Positions 9,375 to 16,978 of a DNA stretch of 42,143 nt are shown in pieces; within the stretch, counting starts at the first letter, position 1, and the number at the start of each line of letters is the position of its first letter. Source of the stretch: a virus (taxonomy: Duplodnaviria > Caudoviricetes); IMG/VR virus record IMGVR_UViG_3300038974_000891, positions 1 to 42,143 of that record; one strand, 5' to 3'. The notes under the pieces were generated by a model that saw only the letters and a program-made list of their open reading frames with translations, did not search any database and was not told where the DNA came from. The position numbers and the translations under genes were made by a program.

Positions 9375-9671
9375 CTAGCAAGCTACCGGAGCAAAAGCCG
9401 TAATATAAATGTTGTTTGCTTCAAGTTTTTCTTCAGCGGCACGAATATCACAGATATTTTGCATATTAAGCCAAAATTCCGCTGTTGTACCGAAATAACG
9501 CGATAAACGTACGGCAATATCGGCGGTTAATGCTGTCTTACCCCTTACAATCTTACTTACCAACGTTTGCGAAACACCGATATCTCGGGCAAGTTTATAT
9601 TGTGAAACCCCCAAAGGCTCCAAAAACTCCTCTTTCAAAATTTCCCCAACCTTTATTTTAATGTTGTCCAT
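9375..9671 (-). CDS. higA: HigA-family antitoxin
   Basis: GEILKEEFLEPLGVSQYKLA...LSRYFGTTAEFWLNMQ; RBS AAGGAGG before ATG 9671. Confidence 0.92.
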   Translation of the reverse strand: MDNIKIKVGEILKEEFLEPLGVSQYKLARDIGVSQTLVSKIVRGKTALTADIAVRLSRYFGTTAEFWLNMQNICDIRAAEEKLEANNIYITAFAPVAC

Positions 9672-9681
9672 TCTAACCTCC

Positions 9682-9960
9682 TTAATGATAATCCACAAAT
9701 TCAATCTGACTTGCCCTATTGTCGTTCCACTCAAAACAAATTCTGTATTTATCATTTACTCTGACAGAATACTGCCCTTTACGGTCGCCTTGTAACTTTT
9801 CCAAATGGTTTGAGGGTGGAACTCGCAAATCTTTTAAATCAGAGGCAGCCATAACCATTGTAATTTTCATCATTGCCTTACGAACAATATCTGGACTTAT
9901 CCCCTTTAATTTATGTCCTTTAGCTATATCCTCTGTCAATTCGTTTTTGAATCTGCTCAT
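9682..9960 (-). CDS. higB: HigB/RelE-family toxin
   Basis: DLRVPPSNHLEKLQGDRKGQYSVRVNDKYRICFEW...IEFVDYH; toxin-first order. Confidence 0.92.
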   Translation of the reverse strand: MSRFKNELTEDIAKGHKLKGISPDIVRKAMMKITMVMAASDLKDLRVPPSNHLEKLQGDRKGQYSVRVNDKYRICFEWNDNRASQIEFVDYH

Positions 9961-10062
9961 TTTTAACCTTTTACTTAACTTATGGTTTAATACTAAACTA
10001 TTATTTTAGCATTGTCAATAACAAATTATCAGCTAATAAGTTTGCTCGTATTAAATTATTTG

Positions 10063-10091
10063 CAAAATAGGCGGATAAATAACCCGCCTTT
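10063..10091 (-). terminator. Terminator of antirepressor operon
   Basis: AGGCGGGT/ATCCGCCT stem followed by ATTTT. Confidence 0.6.
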
Positions 10092-10093
10092 CT

Positions 10094-10240
10094 TTAATCC
10101 CTGCCAAGCATTTCGCAAGCGGGTTGATAGCCGTTATTGCAACGCACCTCATCTTCCCAAACGCTGCCGATTATCAGCAGGATATACATTGCGAACACAA
10201 ACATCATTCCAAGTAAACATTGAAACAACAGCTTAATCAT
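10094..10240 (-). CDS. 48-aa single-TM protein (below ORF-track cutoff)
   Basis: MIKLLFQCLLGMMFVFAMYILLIIGSVWEDEVRCNNGYQPACEMLGRD; RBS GGAGG; starts 2 nt after upstream stop and ends at terminator. Confidence 0.65.
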   Translation of the reverse strand: MIKLLFQCLLGMMFVFAMYILLIIGSVWEDEVRCNNGYQPACEMLGRD

Positions 10241-10242
10241 AG

Positions 10243-10560
10243 CTACACCTCCCTGACGAGAAACTGCCAAGCAATCATCTTTGCCGTAACATTTATTTCA
10301 AATATCCCCCGAATCTTTTTAAAGATTTGACCTTCAGGTTTGCCGTTATTCAGGTTAAAGCGGCGGAACAACACCGCTTTTTCCTGTACATATACCAAGT
10401 AACATTTATCGTGCTTGGTTCGGTAGATACCGCTTCCGGATACAGAGGTAACCTCTGTAAACAGATAAATAAAGTTCCCGCGGGTTATACTGCTAATACC
10501 TTTCACTTCGCACCCGAGATTGATTATATCTCGTGCGTTAAACCTTAAAATGTCTGTCAT
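10243..10560 (-). CDS. Hypothetical protein
   Basis: RBS GGAGG; coupled to antirepressor stop. Confidence 0.6.
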   Translation of the reverse strand: MTDILRFNARDIINLGCEVKGISSITRGNFIYLFTEVTSVSGSGIYRTKHDKCYLVYVQEKAVLFRRFNLNNGKPEGQIFKKIRGIFEINVTAKMIAWQFLVREV

Positions 10561-10562
10561 AA

Positions 10563-13091
10563 CTATACCTCCGGTTCAGGAGTATAAACTTCAGTTACAG
10601 GCAATGGTTTCAATGTAAGCATATAGGCTTTATCCCCACGGCGGGTTGTAGCCTTTCTAACCCCTAAGGAATAAAGAAACCGCCCGAATTTATTTGCCGA
10701 AGGTATATATTGTTTATGTTCAAAACAGTATTCCTTAAACGCATCATAAACATCAGCACAGGCAGTAACAGCTTCCTCATCAAATTTCAATCTCTCTTTG
10801 GTGAAGTCATACATACATTGCGGAAAAGGAGAAAGTTGAGGTGCCAACAAAATCTCCGTGGCTTTTTTACTTGCCATCAGCTCCGCCGCCACCTGCTTCG
10901 CCAACCCGGACATATTAACAAAGTGTACAGTCTGTTTTACCGGCTCAGGTTTTGGCTGCGGTTTTGATTTTAACCACGACACCGATTCTCTACGCAGTTT
11001 CGCGTTTTCCAAAATTAACTCTTTCCGCTGACCTCCCCACTCTTCCCTCTGTTTTTTTAAGTTGTCATTTTCCCAAATTAATTTGGCATTTTCCGCCCTT
11101 AAATCGTTTTTCTCTCTGGTAAGGCTTTTGAACATTTCCACTCTGTCTTTGTTGCGGGTTACGCTCCAATTCCATAATGTCCGGATTAAATCAGCGTCCG
11201 ATACTTCACCGGCATTAGCAGCATCACTTTGTTCCGCCGACTCTAAAATATCCGTAACGGCGTCCTTAATAGCGGCCACACATTGTGCCTTGACCATTTT
11301 ACAGATTTCACCGGGTGTAGCGTAATAACCCTGCCGTCTGATTGCCGGCAACACTTCCGACGTTACGAACTTCTTAAATGCCTTGGCTTCAGGCTTGCGG
11401 CTGCGAAGAATTAACGAATATAAACCACTCTCGTTGATTATGGTCAAATCTTGATTGCCAGAGGGGGTACTCACAATATGAGTACCCTTTTCATCATCGT
11501 CAAGGATACGAACAGCATTGCCGGCATCCCTATATTCCAACGCTGTTGCCACATCTGCAGCAACAAACCAAGGTTTATCATCAATTATAGTTGTTCTAAT
11601 CTCAGTTGATTTAAATGTATATGATATAAGCTCTTTCATTTTATCTATGCTTTCAGTAAAGCCGCTTGAGATTGAGCAAGCGGGGGACTCAACTGAAGTG
11701 CATAGACCTCGAGCCTTATTCAATGTATTCGGCTTCTCGTCCCCCCATAATTTGGGTATAAAAAAATCCGCAAGAACTTTCGGGGCGGTAAATCCGCTAT
11801 GCAAATCAGTACTTGCAGAATAACTTAACAGATTAAGGGTTGTCAACATATTTTTTGCTTTCCGGATTTCCAGCTCGTCAACAACGGCTTTCATATCTAC
11901 GGTAGGGGCAGGGTTTTGTTCCCTTAATGCCTTTTCCATTGTGTTAAAAGCGTTAATATATTTTATCTTCCACTCCATTGCTTTTTTGCCGATGAAACCC
12001 ATTGCCAGCAAAGTGAAACCATCACGAGTAATTTCATACATCGGGTAATCACGTGTCCCAGCGTGATAAGAGGATAACGCAAAATTGCGTTTTCCAAAAT
12101 CCTCGGGCAAATCAAGTTGTTGAACAGCACGCATCACATCACAGTGCTTTTTCCCGAAAACCACCGCAATCATTGTTGTATCAGTTATAACTTGATTGTT
12201 TAAAATCTTTACTAAAGCATTCATTTTGTATACCTTTCTTAGAATGCCCGTTGAAATTGAGCAGCGGGCGGACTCACTAAAAGCCGTATACAAAAGCTTT
12301 GACCGATATTCAATATATTTTCGGTTCTCATCCAGCCCGTAAGGATATACAAAAAAATCGCAAAACTGACGGGTGCGGAAGCCGTGTATACAAGTTTTTA
12401 GGCTTCCAGAATAACCCTTTTGAAAGGCAAAAGTCAACATATTTTTTGCTTTCCGGATTTCCAGCTCGTCAACAACGGCTTTCGTATCTACGGTAGGGGC
12501 AGGGTTTTGTTCCCTTAATGCCTTTTCCATTGTGTTAAAAGCGTTAATATATTTTATCTTCCACTCCATTGCTTTTTTGCCGATGAAACCCATTGCCAGC
12601 AAAGTGAAACCATCACGAGTAATTTCATACATCGGGTAATCACGTGTCCCAGCGTGATAAGAGGATAACGCAAAATTGCGTTTTCCAAAATCCTCGGGCA
12701 AATCAAGTTGTTGAACAGCACGCATCACATCACAGTGCTTTTTCCCGAAAACCACCGCAATCATTGTTGTATCAGTTATAACTTGATTGTTTAAAATCTT
12801 TACTAAAGCATTCATTTTGTATACCTTTCTTAGAATGCCCGCTGATACTGAGCAGTGGGCGGACTCACTAAAAGCAGCTAATAAATGCTTTGGCTGATAT
12901 TGATTATTTTCAGCTCTCATCCGCCCGTAAAACACGGATATAAAAAATACACGCTGACGGGGTGCGGAAGCCGTATTAGCTGTTTTTAGGCTTCCAGAAT
13001 AACCCTTTTGAAAGGCAAAAGTCAACATATTTTTCATATCTTCACCCCGCTGTACCCGTAACTTCTTTAAACGGCGGCTACGTAACACCAT
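10563..13091 (-). CDS. Ash-Rha-Ash-Rha-Ash-BroN antirepressor polyprotein frame; probable internal starts at 12815 (Rha), 12224 (Rha) and 11639 (Bro-N)
   Basis: Two near-identical Rha domains (IAVVFGKKHCDVMRA...YEITRDGFTLLAMGF...KYINAFN); Bro-N (PWFVAADV...INESGLYSLILRSRKPEAKAFKKFVTSEVLPAIR); coiled coil; C-terminal winged helix. Confidence 0.85.
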   Translation of the reverse strand: MVLRSRRLKKLRVQRGEDMKNMLTFAFQKGYSGSLKTANTASAPRQRVFFISVFYGRMRAENNQYQPKHLLAAFSESAHCSVSAGILRKVYKMNALVKILNNQVITDTTMIAVVFGKKHCDVMRAVQQLDLPEDFGKRNFALSSYHAGTRDYPMYEITRDGFTLLAMGFIGKKAMEWKIKYINAFNTMEKALREQNPAPTVDTKAVVDELEIRKAKNMLTFAFQKGYSGSLKTCIHGFRTRQFCDFFVYPYGLDENRKYIEYRSKLLYTAFSESARCSISTGILRKVYKMNALVKILNNQVITDTTMIAVVFGKKHCDVMRAVQQLDLPEDFGKRNFALSSYHAGTRDYPMYEITRDGFTLLAMGFIGKKAMEWKIKYINAFNTMEKALREQNPAPTVDMKAVVDELEIRKAKNMLTTLNLLSYSASTDLHSGFTAPKVLADFFIPKLWGDEKPNTLNKARGLCTSVESPACSISSGFTESIDKMKELISYTFKSTEIRTTIIDDKPWFVAADVATALEYRDAGNAVRILDDDEKGTHIVSTPSGNQDLTIINESGLYSLILRSRKPEAKAFKKFVTSEVLPAIRRQGYYATPGEICKMVKAQCVAAIKDAVTDILESAEQSDAANAGEVSDADLIRTLWNWSVTRNKDRVEMFKSLTREKNDLRAENAKLIWENDNLKKQREEWGGQRKELILENAKLRRESVSWLKSKPQPKPEPVKQTVHFVNMSGLAKQVAAELMASKKATEILLAPQLSPFPQCMYDFTKERLKFDEEAVTACADVYDAFKEYCFEHKQYIPSANKFGRFLYSLGVRKATTRRGDKAYMLTLKPLPVTEVYTPEPEV
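11682..11745 (-). ncRNA. C4/CI-like antisense RNA, module 3
   Basis: Outer stem GGGGGAC/GTCCCCC; inner AGCC/GGCT; loop CTATGCACTTCAGT complementary to upstream ACTGATTTGCATAG and to ACTGAAAGCATAG at the bro start. Confidence 0.7.
12265..12339 (-). ncRNA. C4/CI-like antisense RNA, module 2
   Basis: Outer stem CGGGC(T)GGA/TCCGCCCG; inner ACCGA/TCGGT; loop TTGTATACGGCTTTTAG complementary to upstream CTAAAAACTTGTATACA and to CTAAGAAAGGTATACAA at rha starts. Confidence 0.7.
12857..12926 (-). ncRNA. C4/CI-like antisense RNA, module 1
   Basis: Outer stem GGGCGGA/TCCGCCC; inner GCTGA/TCAGC; loop TATTAGCTGCTTTTAG complementary (15/16) to upstream CTAAAAACAGCTAATA. Confidence 0.7.
12996..13025 (-). 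promoter_or_regulatory. Sigma70-type promoter TTGACT-N18-TATTCT (repeated near 12408-12437; TTGACA variant near 11817-11846)
   Basis: Same -35/-10 pair at the head of all three modules. Confidence 0.6.
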
Positions 13092-13146
13092 AATAAAACT
13101 TTACACATCATTCGTCGTATCATATACTTTTAATTGAGGTATATGT

Positions 13147-13701
13147 GTGATGTTGAATACTTTGGGTAAACTTTTATTTTTCTTGTCTGCAAATTCCCCT
13201 GTTTTTTTGATTTGGGGAGTTTTTCAGTTTGCCAACAATCCGAGCGTTTCTCTGTTTTTATTTGCTATATCTTTATTATCGTATGTAGGTATGTTTTGTC
13301 TTTTTGCTTCGGCAAAACAGCGACAATCTAAGGTTTTGTACAACTTACATATAAATAACAATGTTAATTCGCAAATGATGGAATATATGGTTTCATATAT
13401 TTTGCCTTTTGTTTCATTGAACAATATCAATTCCATTGAAACCTTTGTTGCTTTGTGTATTTATTATGCGGTTTTGTTCGGAATATATTTGAAAAGCGAC
13501 GTTTTCTATGTAAACCCGATATTAAACCTTGCCGGATATAGCATTTACAAGATTACATATACAGAAGAAAGCAAGAAAAAAACATCCTTTTTGCTGACAA
13601 AAATAAAAGAGTTCAATATACCTAACAGCGTAAGAATACACACCATAGAACGTAGTCTTTTTATTTATAATGAGGATAAGAATGCCATTACAAATCAATA
13701 A
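13147..13701 (+). CDS. kwaA: Kiwa anti-phage membrane protein KwaA
   Basis: Four TM segments; EYMVSYILPF and YVNPILNLAGYSIYK motifs; directly upstream of a KwaB-like gene. Confidence 0.78.
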   Translation: MMLNTLGKLLFFLSANSPVFLIWGVFQFANNPSVSLFLFAISLLSYVGMFCLFASAKQRQSKVLYNLHINNNVNSQMMEYMVSYILPFVSLNNINSIETFVALCIYYAVLFGIYLKSDVFYVNPILNLAGYSIYKITYTEESKKKTSFLLTKIKEFNIPNSVRIHTIERSLFIYNEDKNAITNQ

Positions 13702-14584
13702 TCTTAACACAGCAAGCTCTTTATCAATTTATTTATCTATTAACAACAAAATAAAAGCCATAAGTCTAAACAATAATACAATGATGGATTTATTAGACTT
13801 TTACAAAGAAAAGCTCAACTCGTATACAGGCAATCTTGTCCAATACAGCGACCGCTACGGCTATAAAAAAGAAAGAGAAGAGTTATATGTATATGAAAAT
13901 ATAGATAATCTGGCAAAAATAAAAGGATACATCAGCAATATTTCTAATAATAATCCTTTTAACATAAGCAGAGACAGGCTGGAGGATTTATCTTTTTATG
14001 TTGTAAAAATCGTATTAAACGAAAGCAACAATCTTTTAATTTTTAAAAAATATCAAACCATCAAGCGTTTTTACGGTACCAAGCCTCTATTTTTTCAGGA
14101 CACCACTTTTGTAGAACAAGATAGAACAAAATTTTTGCTCTTTGAAACTAACGGTATTGATTTTTTTGTATATGACAACAAAGCCTATATAGATAGTACT
14201 TTCTTTTTTCAAGCTATAACCAACGAAAATGCGACTGATTTTTCGAAAGCAAGAGAGGTTATAACAAATTTAAATGACATTATTCCGATTGAAAATATTG
14301 ATGCCTTAGTTGCCGATATGGAAAGCAACAATAAAGTAAAAAGGGCTCTATTAAACATATCAAACAATCTTGATGTTATATCTAACATCACAATAGATAG
14401 TGTTCGTAATGTAATTAACGAATTGGGGCTTAATGTTGAGATTTCCGCAGATAACAAGATTATATATGACAGCAAATACAGAGATGAAATTTTGGATATT
14501 TTCCAAGATAATTACTTAACCTCTCAGACGACGCAATCTGATTACAGAACAAACAGCAAAATAAAGATTACTACTTCACCTTAG
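13682..14584 (+). CDS. kwaB: Kiwa anti-phage protein KwaB (DUF4868-like)
   Basis: About 300 aa; LLIFKKY, IDFF, LDIFQDNYLTSQTTQSDYRTNSK C-terminus; very AT-rich; overlaps kwaA. Confidence 0.78.
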   Translation: MPLQINNLNTASSLSIYLSINNKIKAISLNNNTMMDLLDFYKEKLNSYTGNLVQYSDRYGYKKEREELYVYENIDNLAKIKGYISNISNNNPFNISRDRLEDLSFYVVKIVLNESNNLLIFKKYQTIKRFYGTKPLFFQDTTFVEQDRTKFLLFETNGIDFFVYDNKAYIDSTFFFQAITNENATDFSKAREVITNLNDIIPIENIDALVADMESNNKVKRALLNISNNLDVISNITIDSVRNVINELGLNVEISADNKIIYDSKYRDEILDIFQDNYLTSQTTQSDYRTNSKIKITTSP

Positions 14585-15059
14585 GCTTGGATTCCATACC
14601 GAACCAAATTCCTTGTTGTACTAAAGCATATTATTATATGCCTCTGTTACAACAGGAGCTTATGATATTCGGCTGGGTTTGGTTTACCTGTCTACAAAAT
14701 ATCCGCAATCTGTTTTCTGTTATCTTTCTGGTTTTCTTACTTTCTCATCTGCTTTTTCCGTTTAAGTCAAACAAATAACGATGACATAATAATAAGCAAA
14801 CAAAATCAATTCATTATCAGCTTTCCGGAAATTCTGAACGCTTGAAAATGACACAAAAATCAAAAAATGTTGCAAAAAAAGTTACAAATCAAATTCGTAA
14901 CATCTTCATAACATTTGCTAAGGACATTTATGTCCCTCGCAAAATAAGTAAACAAAACTGTACTTACTTTTCGCTAAGTTTAAAAATTCCAGTAAAATTA
15001 AACTTAGCAATACGTTAAATTTTCCCCTATTTTTTAACATATCCGCCCGATATGTTAAT

Positions 15060-15632
15060 TTACTTAACCTGTTTTAGCCAAGCGTTATAATCATCCAGCG
15101 ACATCATAACAACCGAAGACTTACCGTTGTGAGTGATTATTTTAGCCCTGCCTTTTACGGTTACTTCGTCCATCAGCTCCGCCATATTCTGCCTAGCTGC
15201 AGTATAAGTTATTGTATCCATCTTGCCTTCCTTTCGCCTTTCTTCATCGGGATTGTCTTTTACTTCCACAAAGGTACAATCGTAACCTTCTCTTAACAAC
15301 TTAAGATAAGCCAATCTTACGGCAGAAAGATAAACACTGTAAGGATATTCATAAAGAGTTGATTTTCTTTTATATTCATTCTCACTATATACCTTTATAT
15401 GTCCACATTGCTCGGACGCTGCTTTAGCTATCACCTTTACTTCATAATCCATACAAGAATAACAACCGCAAAGGTATTTCAAGGCTTTTTCATTTATATT
15501 CAGGCCATGCTCCCAATTTTGAACCGTACGCAAAGTAACCCCTTGAGCTGAAGCAAATTCCTCTTGCGTCAAGCCACATATCCACCTAAAAAGTCTAAAC
15601 TTGGTAGCCACATTAAAATTTTTGTCATTCAT
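15060..15632 (-). CDS. XRE-type HTH protein fused to a short Phd/YefM antitoxin domain (internal start 15221)
   Basis: GLTQEEFASAQGVTLRTVQNWEHG; C-terminus MDTITYTAARQNMAELMDEV...IITHNGKSSVVMMSLDDYN. Confidence 0.75.
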   Translation of the reverse strand: MNDKNFNVATKFRLFRWICGLTQEEFASAQGVTLRTVQNWEHGLNINEKALKYLCGCYSCMDYEVKVIAKAASEQCGHIKVYSENEYKRKSTLYEYPYSVYLSAVRLAYLKLLREGYDCTFVEVKDNPDEERRKEGKMDTITYTAARQNMAELMDEVTVKGRAKIITHNGKSSVVMMSLDDYNAWLKQVK

Positions 15633-16076
15633 TTTTAATCTCCACAATCAAAAAAAATCACCTGAAGATAGGTTAGCATTTCCATATTTTTCAAATCAAG
15701 TGATTTTTTTTTATAAAATACGAAAATTCGTAAAAAAAGAAAAAAACCGCGAATTTATAGAACTTAAAGGTAATAAATAGAATTTCCGTATTCAATTCTT
15801 TTTATAAGAATTTATAGAACAAACGGAATAAATAGCTTATTTTTTGTCTATTGGACAAAAAAGTTAATTTTTTGTTAACAAACTGTCTTTATTTTTTATT
15901 TATTTTTCAATTACTTGACTTTTTTATACTAAGTTTACTATTTCAGGGGCTTTTTTGTATTATTCCTTATAATATTATATATATAATATACATAACGTAT
16001 TATATATAAACGCGTACAATCAAAAAAAAGCAAAAATGTTAGAATTTTGGTACAATCAGACAAACAGTATATTTTA

Positions 16077-16112
16077 AAAAAATTTTTTGAATCTTGTATG
16101 CACTTTCTTGTA
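16077..16112 (+). promoter_or_regulatory. Late-gene motif, copy 1 (AAAAAATTTTTTGAATCT-N13-TTGTA)
   Basis: 18-bp identity plus equally spaced TTGTA relative to copies at 25655 and 36518. Confidence 0.55.
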
Positions 16113-16136
16113 TCCTTAAAAAGAAAGGATATATCA

Positions 16137-16841
16137 ATGCCTGAAGCAGTCTATATAAACATAAATAAAATTGAAGCGTATATGAATACCATTGCTAAAA
16201 AGCATATTCCGCTCGCAACTTCTATGACCTTAAGCCGTGCCGCTAAAGACTACGGTGATTTTATTGCCAATGAAGTAAGTAAAAAATTTAAGTTCATTAC
16301 CAGAAAAGGCAATAAAGGCTATGCAGTATCCTTCAAGATGGCTAAACTCGGTCTTGATACTGATAGTATATCTTCTTCAGCCTTTGCCGGTCAGCCTGCT
16401 AATGTCGATGACGGTATTAAAAATATGTTCGCCGCGGTTGCCGTCAACAGCTGGGCAGTCGCAGAACAAACAAACACTACCCCAACCAACAGACGAGCAT
16501 ATAAGACAAAATACCTTTGGAAACCTCTTCCGGATAGAGCAACCTTGCATAAAGAAGGTATTTCTTTGCAAAACAGTAAGCCTAAGCCCGGAAGAAATAC
16601 TTTCTATGGCCGCCAGGGCAATGCTAATTACCTTTGGTACAGAACAAACAAATTGAATAATCCGCAAAAACGTAAATTATATGGAAATAAATACCAGATA
16701 AAACCTCTCTTTGTAAGAGAAGAATATCAAGAAATAAAACCTGTTACAAATTTTATTGCCAAAGGTATGATAACGATACCCGGCTTTTTGGAAAAGGAGT
16801 TTGATATGGCTTTTGATTTTGTCATTGATAAAAAATTATAG
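16137..16841 (+). CDS. Phage late protein (possible gpZ-like tail completion protein)
   Basis: RBS AAGGA; KHIPLATSMTLSRAA N-terminal motif; basic; precedes packaging genes. Confidence 0.5.
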   Translation: MPEAVYININKIEAYMNTIAKKHIPLATSMTLSRAAKDYGDFIANEVSKKFKFITRKGNKGYAVSFKMAKLGLDTDSISSSAFAGQPANVDDGIKNMFAAVAVNSWAVAEQTNTTPTNRRAYKTKYLWKPLPDRATLHKEGISLQNSKPKPGRNTFYGRQGNANYLWYRTNKLNNPQKRKLYGNKYQIKPLFVREEYQEIKPVTNFIAKGMITIPGFLEKEFDMAFDFVIDKKL

Positions 16842-16886
16842 GTTCTTCCTGAAGGCCTCAAACCGCGGGTACAGCGGGGGCGTGGT
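16840..16886 (+). other. Putative cos (cosQ/cosN-like) packaging site
   Basis: AGGTTCTTCC (compare lambda cosQ GGGTCCT) followed by GC-rich CCGCGGGTACAGCGGGGGCG, upstream of MTase/TerS with a GpA-type terminase. Confidence 0.4.
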
Positions 16887-16978
16887 CTTTTTGTCGTAAT
16901 TTAGATAAAAAAACGAGTTGCGAAAAGTTCTGAGATACAAAAAAAATAAAAGCAAAGAATAAAGGAATAAAACGGAAA

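Larger units (their letters stand above)
11842..13034. repeat. Tandem duplication, about 591-bp unit x2
   Basis: 11842-12250 matches 12433-12841 with one mismatch seen (11893/12484); promoter segments 12395-12446 and 12982-13034 also match; RNA segments between them diverge. Confidence 0.95.

Noticed and set aside
11842-12841. DGR template/variable repeat pair
   Set aside because: No reverse transcriptase; the copies are tandem, and differences are blockwise rather than adenine-specific
14587-14778. 63-aa ORF after kwaB as a third Kiwa gene
   Set aside because: TTG start, no RBS, no recognisable motif
15751-15830. Alphaproteobacterial LexA box (GAAC-N7-GAAC)
   Set aside because: GAAY units are spaced N5, not N7
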